A DNA stretch of 64,000 nt, from IMG/VR virus record IMGVR_UViG_3300030331_003482, positions 1-64,000 of that record; one strand, given 5' to 3'. Under the pieces are notes generated by a model. The model was not told where the DNA came from. It ran no database searches and saw only the letters and a list, made by a program, of their open reading frames with translations. The DNA comes from an uncultured virus (IMG/VR IMGVR_UViG_3300030331_003482) (Duplodnaviria > Heunggongvirae > Uroviricota > Caudoviricetes). A program made the translations under genes and the position numbers. Of this stretch, positions 21,023-31,190 are shown in pieces (position 1 is the first letter of the stretch; every line of letters starts with the position of its first letter).

Positions 21023-24000
21023 ATGAATAGATCGGAATATATGAATAGTCTTGTTGACCAAGGATTAAGTAAACAAGAAATACTCAATAAACTCGCGGAA
21101 TATGACGCGGGAAAGTCACAGGACCCTGCAACTGTAGAGGCGAATGTAGGGTCAAACAATACGGCCTCAAGCTCGGAGAGTGGTTCATCGGAATCACAAG
21201 AAAACAATAATCTAAGTGTTTTTGAAAACCAAAACAAAAATTACCTTCAAAGAAGAGAAGATTATATAAACGCTGAAGGTGAGTTTGATACACCTGAAAT
21301 GAAAGCTATACCACTAGCAACTAGAGCTAAAAATGTTGATAAATTTGTTACAGCTCCAGATGTATCTGAATATGAAAGAGGTGTATCTTTAGATCAAGAC
21401 GGCAAATCTAGAAAACAAAAAACAAGTTTTTATAATGAATTTGAAGATAAACTTAATAAACATTTAGATGCTAATTTTAATGTTACTAGAGATAAAGATG
21501 GTAACATAAACGACATAAGACATAAAACTGATACTGAAGAATATGATAGAGCTAGAGGCGAAGGTATGTTCGGTATAAAAGACATGCAAACTAGATATGT
21601 AGCTTCTAGTGATGAGGAAATTGGTAGGGCTATAAATGATGTAATTAAAAATGAGTTTATAGCTAAAGATCCTGTTTTAAAAAGAAAAACAGAAGAATAT
21701 AACAAAAAAATACAACCAAAAATAGAAGCTATACGAGAAGAGTTAATACAAAAATACCAAGGTAGATTAACTTCAGATGCTAAATTTAACGAAGATATTT
21801 ACGATCAAATGAACAAAGAGTTTGAAGATCGAAGAAGATTACTTGGTGAAGATTTGTATGATGATCCAGAGTTTCAAGCTAGAATTCAAAAATACGAAAA
21901 AATTAGAAACAATTATTTTGATTCTAGTATTAAAAAAATTAAAAGATTTAGAGATCCATCTCTAAGACTTTATGACAATATTCCTTATGTTGGTAACCTA
22001 TTAGAGGGTATGGATAGTGCTGTTGCTGGTATGATACAAGGAGGTAAAGGTGTTGTTTTAAATAAAGAAGAAAAAGATATAACAAGTGCTCAAAAGGAAC
22101 TAACTGAACTAAAAAATAAGTTAGCTAAAAACCCTGAACTTGGGGATCAAGAAAAAGAGTATATAACAGGCACAGTTGAACTTTTTGGTAAAGATGATAA
22201 AGGAGAACAAAGAACAAGAGTTAAAAAAGAAAAAGGAACTCTTAACGATCTTATAAAGAAAAAAGAAGATGAACTAGCTGAACACACAAAGAACTATTTA
22301 AGTGTTTTAGAAAGCTACGAAAAAGGAAAGGACAAACAAGCTTTGTATAGATCTTTTTCTATAACAGATGGTGATGTTGATTTAGGTGATGTTTTAGGTA
22401 CTATAGGTAACGTAGCTCCTTATATGGCTGTTGCTGTAACGCCATACGTTGGAGCTCCTTTAATAGCAGCTACTTCATACGGTAATTCAAGACAAGATAT
22501 ACTTGCTAATCAAATGTCTAAAAAGTTAGGTAAAGATGTTTCTGAATTAACAGCTCAAGATTATGTTGATTTTGCTAAAAATAATGAAGAAGAAATAAAT
22601 GAGTTTTATGTTGGAGCAGGCGCTGTTGCTATGGCTTATTTAGAAAGATTAGGTGCAACAAAAGTAGCTAGCAAAACAGCTAAAGTATTAGGTTTAGGTA
22701 AATCAGCTAATTCTCAAGTTTATGGTTCATTATTAAAAGGACATTTTGGTAAATTTGCTCAAGGTTTATCTGGTAGAGCTAAAGATGCTACACTTTCTTC
22801 AGTTTTTGAAGGTGGAACAGAGGTTTTACAAGAAACTATTGAAGGTGTTGGTAATTACCTTGGAGACGAGACTATAAACGACAAGAGTTTCAATAATGCT
22901 TTTTTAAACAATGAATATGTTAGAGCAGATGAGCTATTAGAAGCTGGAGCTGCTGGTGCTTTAATAGGTGGTATTTTTCCTGGTTTAGGTGGTATAGCTA
23001 AACAAACCACGGTTGAGTTAAGAACAGCTGCAAGGATGTTTTCTACTAAGTTTGACATGAAAAATAATTCAGCTAGAGCAGAGCAGTATTTTGATGGTTT
23101 AAAACAAGAGTTAGAAAGAAGAAAAGGATTATCACCAGGTAATCCACTACGTTTAACAGAAGCAGAGTATAAGCAAGAAATAGATTACATGCAAGATCTA
23201 TATGGTAAATCTATGAGAGTTAAAGGTAACTTAGATGCTAATGTTAAGCATGATATATTTAAGTTAATGTATGAGAGAGATAACGTTAAAAAAGAATTAG
23301 CTGATCCTAACGTGGATGAGTCTGCTCATAAAAAATTAAATTCTAGATTAGTAGAAATAAATGCTGAAATAGAAAACAAACAAGGTGTTGACTTTGTTAA
23401 ATCTGGCATCAAGCAACTAAAAGATTTAGGATTTACAGAAGATTTAGATATTGATGCTGGTAAAAGTCAAGCTGAACTAGAAAAAGAGTTTGAAGGTAAT
23501 GAAGATGCTGTAAAAACATCTTATGGTTGGTTTGATCCTAAAACAAACAAAATGTTTGTTAATTCAGAGCTAGCGAATATGGATGGTAACGTTACTACAG
23601 CTCAACATGAATTTTTACATCCAATAACAAAAGCATTAATACAGTCTGGTAAAATTAAAAAAGAAACAATATTAGACTTAGTTAATAAGTACGATACTAA
23701 TAATTATGTTCAAGGTAGAATAGATGGTGATAAGGAGACTTACACAGATGAATACATGGATAAAAATCTTGATGAGTATTTAGCTATGTTTGGTGAAGGC
23801 GTAGCCGCTAATGAAATAAATATAGAAAACGAATCAACATTTACCGGTGTTAAGAATTTTGTAAAACAAGTATTAGGCGTTGCTTTACCGAAAGCAAACA
23901 TTGATTTTAACACTGTTGATGGTCTAAAAAACTTTATGGTAGAGTACAGTAAGTCTGATAGGGAAGGTAAGCTTACTGAAAGTTTAGTTAGTAGTTTAAA

Positions 24001-27000
24001 AGGAGTTAAGCAAGTTGGTAGAGAAGGTGAAGCTGTTATGTCATCAAGGCTAGCAGATAAGTTAAGTGAATATGGTGGTAACAAGACAAGATTAGTAAAT
24101 GAAACATTAATGTCTACGCCTGACGGTAGGATGGTTGACATGCAATCAGTTCCTTTAACTGAAAGTGAGTTTGGTCAAGAGATCGGTGGCGTTGTTGAGA
24201 GTATAACTAAAAGATTATTTGATAAAATACCAAGTGATTTAACTAGAGTATTAAATGAAGATAGAGGAAAAGCTAGACAAGCTTATAAAGACGCTTTAGT
24301 ATCAAAAGCAGCTACTATATTACAAAATGAGTGGGATCCAAGTAAACAACGTGGACAAAGTTTAGATAGTTGGTTAACACAGTTATTAAATCAAAGAGCT
24401 AACTCTTTAGCAACTGAGCTAGGTGTTGAACAAACGTTTACACAAGAAGCAACTGGTCAAGAGGCTACAACTGAAATAGAAACAACTCAAGAAGCAGATA
24501 AAGAATTTATTAACATAAGAGAAGGTGTATTTAGAATAGAAACTGGTAGTCCTCAGTATGAAAAAATATTAAATAAAGTAAAAGATATTATTACTAGAAA
24601 AAACCTTGTAAAAAGAAGTGGTAAAAAAGTTGTACTTGATTTTAATAATAAAAATCTTAGAAAAGATTTAAATGAAATATTTCAAAAAGAAGTAAGAAAA
24701 ATATTAGTATCTGAAGGTCTAATACCTAAAAATGTAGATGATTATAAAGCTTGGTTAGGTAAGAACAAAGGTAGGATATGGTCTAAGTTATCACAAGACG
24801 TTATTAACAAAAGATTTCCAGATTTAGTTACAAAGGTTGTTGATAGACAAACAAGAAAACAATCTAAATTAGATATAAATACAAAAAACATAAATGCTGG
24901 TAACGCTTTGTTTATTAAGAACAACATTGATACCGATGCTTTTGTTGAATATTTTTCAGGTAGAGCAAGAAAAGAATCACTTGGTCAAGCTCTTGCTATA
25001 GAACTAGCAAATGATGCAACTGTACAAGTAATGGGTGATCCTGATGTTTTATTAAAAAGAGATCAAGAAGGATTAAATAAAGGTACAATGAAAAATGAAT
25101 CAGCTAAAGCTGCTATGGCTAAAGTTGTTCAAAGACCTACTGATTTAGTATTTAGTAAAAAAGCAGCTGAGCTATCAGTTGGTGACGGTCCACAAAAATC
25201 AGATTATGATAAAATTATAGATACTTTTAAATCAAAAGATTTTATAGATGATTTAGATAAGTACGCGTCTGATCCTTCTGGTAAAGTAAGATCTTCTATA
25301 AAAAGAATAATAAATGAGCATTTAAGAAAAGCTGGGTTAGAAACAGTTAGTATAGGTGATATATCTAAAATAGCTGATCAAATGATACCTGGCGCTATAA
25401 AGGTAGATGTACAAGGTAATTTAGACATTGAAAATGCTGGTCAAACTATTGCAAATTATTTACTATCAACACACGAAGGTTCAAGAGAAGTCATAAGCGT
25501 TAAAGCTGGAGTTGAGGGTGGTTTTGATAAATCTGATTTAAAAGTTATAAACAATGGTAGAAAAGCCGTTAAGTCTTCTACTGAAGCAATATTAGATGGT
25601 GAAATATACGATGGTGATAAAAAGGTAAAACTAAAAACAGACCCTAAAAATCTAAAACTTATAAACAGAGCTTATGTAAATCCAGGTGACATGGGTGGTT
25701 TTAAAAGTAAAAATGGAACTACACCTGCTGATATTAAAGTAAAAGAAACTGAAGTACAAAAGAAAGACGGTCAAAAAAGAACATCATTATTTTTAAATGA
25801 AAGCGACTTTTCTAATAACGTTTCAAGTTTACAAGATCAAAATTCTTTAACAAGTAAATTAGGTTCTAAAGATGCTTATATAAATGATAAAAATGTAGAC
25901 ATAAATCCTAATGACTACAAACAAATAAGAGACGATGGTATTAAAGCTAAAAAAATACTACAAGATTATATTGATGATTTAAGGCTATTAGTAAAGCACG
26001 GTTACATATCAAATAAACAAGCAAGAATATTGATAGAGTCACAGTTTCAAGACACTAATGGCTTAGGTAGACAAGCCGCAGTTTTATCTTATATACCTAC
26101 AAAAGGTATAGACGCAATAAGAAAGTTATTAAACATAGATGGTGATAACTTTGTTTTTGAGCATATGATACCTGCAAATAATATAGCCACATTAGCTTAC
26201 AATTATATTATAAACGGTGATGCTAAATCTAAAAAAGATTTTGACGCTGAATTTAAAAACTATAAATCAGCTATTATACCAAAAGCTATAGATAATGTTT
26301 TAAAGGATAAAGGTACTATGTCTATAATGGGTATAAAGCATAAGCTTGGTCAAGATCCATTAACCTCAAGGTATGAGAATATACTAGATAATATAGAAGT
26401 ACATGACCTTGAAAATGGAAATATTATAGGTGAAAATAAAGTTGTATTGTCAAAAAGCTACAAAAAAGATCAATTAATAGACAAAGCTATTGAGATGGCA
26501 AGAAGAACTGATGCGCCTAAAAAAGGAATAACAGTTATGGACTTTGATGATACTGTTGCTAAAACAAAAAGCAAAATTGGTGTAACAATGCCTGATGGTA
26601 AATTTAAAAAGATTAATGCTACTGAGTTTGCTAAAGCATCTAGCGAATTGTCAGAGCAAGGAGCTATATTTGATTTTTCAGAATTTAATGAAGTAAAAAG
26701 CGGTCAAAAAGGTCCTTTGTTTGATATTATTAAAAAACGTGTAGAAAAGTTTGGAAATAAAGATGTATTTATATTAACAGCTAGACCACAAGAATCAGCT
26801 GGTGCTATTAAGAAGTTTTTAGAAGATAATGGTGTTGATATACCTATAGAGAATATAACCGGGTTAGAAAATGGTAGCCCAGAAGCAAAAGCTGATTTTA
26901 TGATAGCTAAAGCAGCTGAAGGTTATAATGATTTTTATTTTGCTGATGATGCTATAAAAAATGTTAAAGCTGTTAAAGACGTATTAGATATAGTAGACGT

Positions 27001-29113
27001 TAAGTCAGACATACAACAAGCTAGAGAAGATATTGTGTTTAGTAAGCGTGGTAAAAAGAGTCAAAAGTTTAATGAAATACTAGAAGAAACAAAAGGAATA
27101 AGAGCTGAAACTGAATATTCAGACGCCGCAGGTAAAGCAAGGGGTGCAAGAAAAGGTAAATTTAGTTTCTTTATACCTCCATCGGCTGAAGATCTTATGG
27201 GTTTAATGTATAGATTCATGGGTAAAGGTAAACAAGGCGAAGCACACAAAAAGTTTTTTGAAGATATGATAGCTAAACCTTTAGCTAGAGGTATAGACAG
27301 TATAAATAGAGCTAAACAAGCTTTAAGAAATGACTATGAAGCTATTAAAAAAGAATATAAAGATGTTCATAATAAACTTAAAATAGATAGTGGCTATAAT
27401 AACTTTACAAACGATGTGGCTGTAAGGGTTTACTTATGGACTAAAGCTGGTATGAAAATACCTGGTTTATCTAAAACAGATATTAAAAACCTTACTGATA
27501 TAGTAAAAAATGATCCTAGGATGTTAGAGTTTGCCAATAAAGTTTCGGCTGCTACTAAATTAAAAGAAGGATACATTGAACCACAAGATGACTGGTTAGC
27601 TAGCAGCATAGGTTTAGATATATTAAACATAAACCAAACAATAAGAAGAGGTGAGTATTTAAAAGAGTTTAATGACAATGTGGCTGAAATATTTAGCCCT
27701 GAAAATAAAAATAAAATTAGAGCTTTATATGGTGATAATTTTGTTGAAGCATTAGAAGATGTCATATATAGAGTTCAAAATGGTACTAATAGAAATTTTG
27801 GCAAAAATAGATTAGTAAATAATTTTATGACATGGATAAACTCTGCTACTGGTACTATAATGTTTTTTAATACGAGATCAGCGGTGTTGCAGACAATATC
27901 TTTTGCTAACTTTGTTAACTTTACAGATAATAATATATTAGCAGCTGGTAGAGCTTTTGCTAACCAAGGTCAGTTTTGGAAAGATTTTGGAACATTATTT
28001 GATTCAGACTTTTTAAAACAAAGACGTGGTGGTATGAGTCAAGATGTTAACTGGCAAGAAATAACAGACGCAATAAAAGGATCTAAAAGTCCAGTTACAA
28101 GAGCTATATCATTATTACTACAAAAAGGATTTTTACCTACACAAATAGCAGATAGTTTTGCTATAGCTTTAGGTGGTGCTAGTTTCTTTAGAAACAGAAT
28201 AGGTAAATATGAAAAAGAAGGTATGTCTCCTGGTGATGCTGAAAAACAAGCATTTTTAGATTTTCAAGAGGTAGCTGAAAAAACACAGCAGTCTGGTAGA
28301 CCTGATTTAATATCACAGCAGCAAGCAAGTCCACTTGGTAGAGTTTTATTAGCTTTTCAAAACGTTACTATGCAGTACAATAGGTTAGCTAAAAAAGACG
28401 TACTAGACTTAGTTAATGGAAGAAGGGAGCCTGGCGTTGATTCTTACACAAAAAGCGCTGCTATAAAAGTTGGTAGAGTTGCTTATTATATGGGTATGCA
28501 AAACCTAATATTTAATGCTATGCAACAAGCTTTATTTGCTATGATATTTGATGATGAAACTGACGAGGAAGAAAAAGAAAGATATAATGGTATAGCCAAT
28601 GGTATGGCTGATTCAATACTACGTGGTATGGGTATAGCTGGTGGTATTGTTGCTACACTAAAAAACATGGCTATAAGATTTGCTAGAGAAGATGCTAAAC
28701 CTGGAGGTAGAGGTGACTATGCTTACGTGTTAATAGAAGGTATTAATGTTTCTCCACCGGTTGGTAGTAAAGCAAGAAAGGTTTATAGCGCATTAAAAAC
28801 ATACGAGTTTAACAAAGAAGAAATGAAAAGAAAAGGTTTATCATTAGATAACCCAGCTTATGAAGCAGCCGCTAATGTTATATCAGCTGGTACTAATGTA
28901 CCTACAGACCGTTTATATTATAAAATAGAAAGCATTGGCACTATGTTAGATAACGAAACTCAAGCTTGGCAAAGAATAGCGTTAGCCTTAGGTTGGAGAG
29001 ACTGGCAGCTTGGTTTAACAGATGCTAAGCCTAAACCTCCTATGGTATATGATAGAAAAAGACAAAGTAGAGATTCGGGTGCAAGAAAAACTATTTCAAG
29101 AAAATCTAATTAA
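21023..29113 (+). CDS. Giant multidomain internal virion protein (zincin-like, sigma-region-2-like, HAD phosphatase domains)
   Basis: 2696 aa. AQHEFLH at ~23600; VVESITKRL...WDPSKQRGQSLDSWL at ~24190-24400; MDFDDT...LTARP...FADD at ~26540-26950. Confidence 0.8.
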   Translation: MNRSEYMNSLVDQGLSKQEILNKLAEYDAGKSQDPATVEANVGSNNTASSSESGSSESQENNNLSVFENQNKNYLQRREDYINAEGEFDTPEMKAIPLATRAKNVDKFVTAPDVSEYERGVSLDQDGKSRKQKTSFYNEFEDKLNKHLDANFNVTRDKDGNINDIRHKTDTEEYDRARGEGMFGIKDMQTRYVASSDEEIGRAINDVIKNEFIAKDPVLKRKTEEYNKKIQPKIEAIREELIQKYQGRLTSDAKFNEDIYDQMNKEFEDRRRLLGEDLYDDPEFQARIQKYEKIRNNYFDSSIKKIKRFRDPSLRLYDNIPYVGNLLEGMDSAVAGMIQGGKGVVLNKEEKDITSAQKELTELKNKLAKNPELGDQEKEYITGTVELFGKDDKGEQRTRVKKEKGTLNDLIKKKEDELAEHTKNYLSVLESYEKGKDKQALYRSFSITDGDVDLGDVLGTIGNVAPYMAVAVTPYVGAPLIAATSYGNSRQDILANQMSKKLGKDVSELTAQDYVDFAKNNEEEINEFYVGAGAVAMAYLERLGATKVASKTAKVLGLGKSANSQVYGSLLKGHFGKFAQGLSGRAKDATLSSVFEGGTEVLQETIEGVGNYLGDETINDKSFNNAFLNNEYVRADELLEAGAAGALIGGIFPGLGGIAKQTTVELRTAARMFSTKFDMKNNSARAEQYFDGLKQELERRKGLSPGNPLRLTEAEYKQEIDYMQDLYGKSMRVKGNLDANVKHDIFKLMYERDNVKKELADPNVDESAHKKLNSRLVEINAEIENKQGVDFVKSGIKQLKDLGFTEDLDIDAGKSQAELEKEFEGNEDAVKTSYGWFDPKTNKMFVNSELANMDGNVTTAQHEFLHPITKALIQSGKIKKETILDLVNKYDTNNYVQGRIDGDKETYTDEYMDKNLDEYLAMFGEGVAANEINIENESTFTGVKNFVKQVLGVALPKANIDFNTVDGLKNFMVEYSKSDREGKLTESLVSSLKGVKQVGREGEAVMSSRLADKLSEYGGNKTRLVNETLMSTPDGRMVDMQSVPLTESEFGQEIGGVVESITKRLFDKIPSDLTRVLNEDRGKARQAYKDALVSKAATILQNEWDPSKQRGQSLDSWLTQLLNQRANSLATELGVEQTFTQEATGQEATTEIETTQEADKEFINIREGVFRIETGSPQYEKILNKVKDIITRKNLVKRSGKKVVLDFNNKNLRKDLNEIFQKEVRKILVSEGLIPKNVDDYKAWLGKNKGRIWSKLSQDVINKRFPDLVTKVVDRQTRKQSKLDINTKNINAGNALFIKNNIDTDAFVEYFSGRARKESLGQALAIELANDATVQVMGDPDVLLKRDQEGLNKGTMKNESAKAAMAKVVQRPTDLVFSKKAAELSVGDGPQKSDYDKIIDTFKSKDFIDDLDKYASDPSGKVRSSIKRIINEHLRKAGLETVSIGDISKIADQMIPGAIKVDVQGNLDIENAGQTIANYLLSTHEGSREVISVKAGVEGGFDKSDLKVINNGRKAVKSSTEAILDGEIYDGDKKVKLKTDPKNLKLINRAYVNPGDMGGFKSKNGTTPADIKVKETEVQKKDGQKRTSLFLNESDFSNNVSSLQDQNSLTSKLGSKDAYINDKNVDINPNDYKQIRDDGIKAKKILQDYIDDLRLLVKHGYISNKQARILIESQFQDTNGLGRQAAVLSYIPTKGIDAIRKLLNIDGDNFVFEHMIPANNIATLAYNYIINGDAKSKKDFDAEFKNYKSAIIPKAIDNVLKDKGTMSIMGIKHKLGQDPLTSRYENILDNIEVHDLENGNIIGENKVVLSKSYKKDQLIDKAIEMARRTDAPKKGITVMDFDDTVAKTKSKIGVTMPDGKFKKINATEFAKASSELSEQGAIFDFSEFNEVKSGQKGPLFDIIKKRVEKFGNKDVFILTARPQESAGAIKKFLEDNGVDIPIENITGLENGSPEAKADFMIAKAAEGYNDFYFADDAIKNVKAVKDVLDIVDVKSDIQQAREDIVFSKRGKKSQKFNEILEETKGIRAETEYSDAAGKARGARKGKFSFFIPPSAEDLMGLMYRFMGKGKQGEAHKKFFEDMIAKPLARGIDSINRAKQALRNDYEAIKKEYKDVHNKLKIDSGYNNFTNDVAVRVYLWTKAGMKIPGLSKTDIKNLTDIVKNDPRMLEFANKVSAATKLKEGYIEPQDDWLASSIGLDILNINQTIRRGEYLKEFNDNVAEIFSPENKNKIRALYGDNFVEALEDVIYRVQNGTNRNFGKNRLVNNFMTWINSATGTIMFFNTRSAVLQTISFANFVNFTDNNILAAGRAFANQGQFWKDFGTLFDSDFLKQRRGGMSQDVNWQEITDAIKGSKSPVTRAISLLLQKGFLPTQIADSFAIALGGASFFRNRIGKYEKEGMSPGDAEKQAFLDFQEVAEKTQQSGRPDLISQQQASPLGRVLLAFQNVTMQYNRLAKKDVLDLVNGRREPGVDSYTKSAAIKVGRVAYYMGMQNLIFNAMQQALFAMIFDDETDEEEKERYNGIANGMADSILRGMGIAGGIVATLKNMAIRFAREDAKPGGRGDYAYVLIEGINVSPPVGSKARKVYSALKTYEFNKEEMKRKGLSLDNPAYEAAANVISAGTNVPTDRLYYKIESIGTMLDNETQAWQRIALALGWRDWQLGLTDAKPKPPMVYDRKRQSRDSGARKTISRKSN

Positions 29114-29171
29114 ATTTTCACTAAAAACAAGTGATTACATACTAAGTAAAAGACTTTAACTAAACTACAAA

Positions 29172-29468
29172 ATGCCGACAGAAATATTAGACAAACAAGT
29201 AGGAATTGATATAGACGGTGATAAAAAACCAGACATAAAACTAGACATAAAGACGATAGCTATCGTTGTGGGTTTTATAATTAGTGGCTCAATGGGTTAT
29301 CAAACTTTAAAGCAGGAAATAGAATTAGCTAAAGAATTACCTGTATATGAAGTTAAAGAAACATCTGATGGGTTATTACAAAAGCAAAAGCTTGAATACT
29401 TAGAGAAAGAAATTGAAAAACTAGAAGCTAAAGTAAATGATCTAGAAAATAAAGTTTATAAAAAATGA
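29172..29468 (+). CDS. Single-TM coiled-coil protein (inner-spanin-like)
   Basis: TM segment IAIVVGFIISGSMGY followed by a coiled coil; paralogous to 30279-30587. Confidence 0.55.
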   Translation: MPTEILDKQVGIDIDGDKKPDIKLDIKTIAIVVGFIISGSMGYQTLKQEIELAKELPVYEVKETSDGLLQKQKLEYLEKEIEKLEAKVNDLENKVYKK

Positions 29469-29785
29469 TAGCAAAATTATTATTTATATTCCTAGCTCTT
29501 AATAATATAACTCTAAAGGTAAATGGATTAACATGTAGTATGTGTTCGTTTAGTATAGAAAAGAGCGTTGAAAAGGTATATTTTGTAGAAGATGTAGAGG
29601 CTAATATAGAAGATACTACATTTAAGATAATTTTTAAAAAAAATAACTACGTAGATTTTTTTGCATTACAAAACGCTGTTGAAGATGCTGGTTTTTTTAT
29701 AGATAAAGAATCTGTTATAATTGATACAAAAAATTCAAATGAGTTTTGGCAAAATAGTAATTATATAATTTGGAAAAATAATTAA
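29465..29785 (+). CDS. Heavy-metal-associated (HMA) domain protein with N-terminal hydrophobic leader
   Basis: LKVNGLTCSMCSFSIEKSV...VEDVEAN...NAVEDAGF matches the HMA (GMTCxxC) pattern. Confidence 0.75.
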   Translation: MIAKLLFIFLALNNITLKVNGLTCSMCSFSIEKSVEKVYFVEDVEANIEDTTFKIIFKKNNYVDFFALQNAVEDAGFFIDKESVIIDTKNSNEFWQNSNYIIWKNN

Positions 29786-29792
29786 TGTGATA

Positions 29793-30254
29793 ATGGAAAA
29801 AATAAGTAAACATATAAGTTACAAAGAAGGTGTGTATAGCATAACAGCTTTAAGGCTAGGTTTAAATAATGATCCCTCTGATGATCATTTACAAAACATG
29901 AAGCTTTTGGCAGAAAAAGTATTTGAACCTCTTAGAGCTCACGTAGGAGGTCCTATAAAGATAAATTCGTTTTATCGTGGACCAGAACTTAATGCTGCTA
30001 TAGGAGGATCAGCTAAATCTCAACACTGTCACGGACAAGCAATAGATATTGATGACACTTATGGTCATATGAAAAACTGTGATATGTATGAATTTATAAA
30101 AGAAAATTTAGATTTTGACCAGATGATATGGGAGTTTGGTGATGATAAAAATCCAAACTGGGTGCATGTTAGTTATAATAATCCTGGTGAAAATAGAAGA
30201 AGATGCTTAAAAGCTTACCGTGAAGATGGTAAAACCAGATACATGGTAATATAG
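29793..30254 (+). CDS. Endolysin, peptidase M15 family
   Basis: INSFYR..LN.AIGG...SQHCHGQAIDI and WVHVSY zinc-binding motifs. Confidence 0.85.
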   Translation: MEKISKHISYKEGVYSITALRLGLNNDPSDDHLQNMKLLAEKVFEPLRAHVGGPIKINSFYRGPELNAAIGGSAKSQHCHGQAIDIDDTYGHMKNCDMYEFIKENLDFDQMIWEFGDDKNPNWVHVSYNNPGENRRRCLKAYREDGKTRYMVI

Positions 30255-30278
30255 ACTAACCAGAAACAACATAAAAAA

Positions 30279-30587
30279 ATGGCAAAAAAAATAAGTGAAG
30301 ATACAGAAGTAAAATTAGACATTAAAACTATAGGTTTATTAGTTGCCGGTGTAATATCGCTAGCTAGTATGTGGTTTACCCTACAAGGAGAAATACAAGA
30401 AATTAATAGCAAAGTAGAAAACATTAGTAGTGAAGAGTTTGTACAAAAAATGGAGTTTCAATTAAAGGACGAACTTGTTAGATCAACTATTATACAAATA
30501 GAAAAATCAACTGAAGTTTTAAAAGAAGATATACTAGACAATAAAGAATCAATAAAAGAATTAGAAGATAAAGTTTATAGAAGATGA
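30279..30587 (+). CDS. Single-TM coiled-coil protein (paralog of 29172-29468)
   Basis: Shares KLDIKTI, a TM segment and a C-terminal LE.KVY++ with 29172-29468. Confidence 0.55.
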   Translation: MAKKISEDTEVKLDIKTIGLLVAGVISLASMWFTLQGEIQEINSKVENISSEEFVQKMEFQLKDELVRSTIIQIEKSTEVLKEDILDNKESIKELEDKVYRR

Positions 30588-30907
30588 AAAATTTAATAAT
30601 AATACTATTTATACTATTTAGCTTTGCAGCTAAAGCCCAAGAACAGATTACTGTTATACATTTTAACTACAAGTGGAATGATAGAAATAATTATAACATT
30701 AAAGGGCTTAAAAACGCTAAACTTCAATATGCTTGGTTAGAAGAACAACCTGATCATATTAGAGAAACAATAAAAGCAGTTCCTGTTATAGTTGTTTTAG
30801 GAAAAGACGGTAAGGTAAGAGGTCAGTTTTCAGCTGATATATCGTTTAAAATTCAAGCAAAAAAAGAAGATATACAAAAGTTTATAGATACTATTAAAGA
30901 CAAATAA
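30584..30907 (+). CDS. Secreted thioredoxin-fold-like protein lacking CxxC
   Basis: Signal peptide ending AKA|Q; VIHFNYKW and IKAVPVIVV (cis-Pro-like) segments. Confidence 0.45.
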   Translation: MKNLIIILFILFSFAAKAQEQITVIHFNYKWNDRNNYNIKGLKNAKLQYAWLEEQPDHIRETIKAVPVIVVLGKDGKVRGQFSADISFKIQAKKEDIQKFIDTIKDK

Positions 30908-30913
30908 TTAATC

Positions 30914-31186
30914 ATGCCAGCTAAAACAAAAAGAAAACCTGATGTAAGAAAAACTACTAAAGGTAAGAATAGAAACTTTAGGACTATTAAAGAAGGCGCT
31001 GGCATGACTAAAAAAGGAGTTGCGGCTTATAGACGTAAAAATCCTGGTAGTAAATTAAAAACAGCGGTAACAGGTAAAGTAAAGCCTGGTAGTAAAGCCG
31101 CTAAACGTAGAAAATCATTTTGCGCTAGATCAAAAGGTTGGACCAGCGAAAGAGGTCGAGCAGCTAGACGTAGATGGAGATGTTAA
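30914..31186 (+). CDS. Small basic protein
   Basis: K/R-rich 90 aa (RRKSFCARS...RRRWRC). Confidence 0.7.
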   Translation: MPAKTKRKPDVRKTTKGKNRNFRTIKEGAGMTKKGVAAYRRKNPGSKLKTAVTGKVKPGSKAAKRRKSFCARSKGWTSERGRAARRRWRC

Positions 31187-31190
31187 AAGT

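Noticed and set aside
21023..29113. crAss-like virion RNA polymerase
   Set aside because: I saw no DxDxD polymerase motif in a double-psi barrel context; DFDDT is accompanied by the other HAD motifs.
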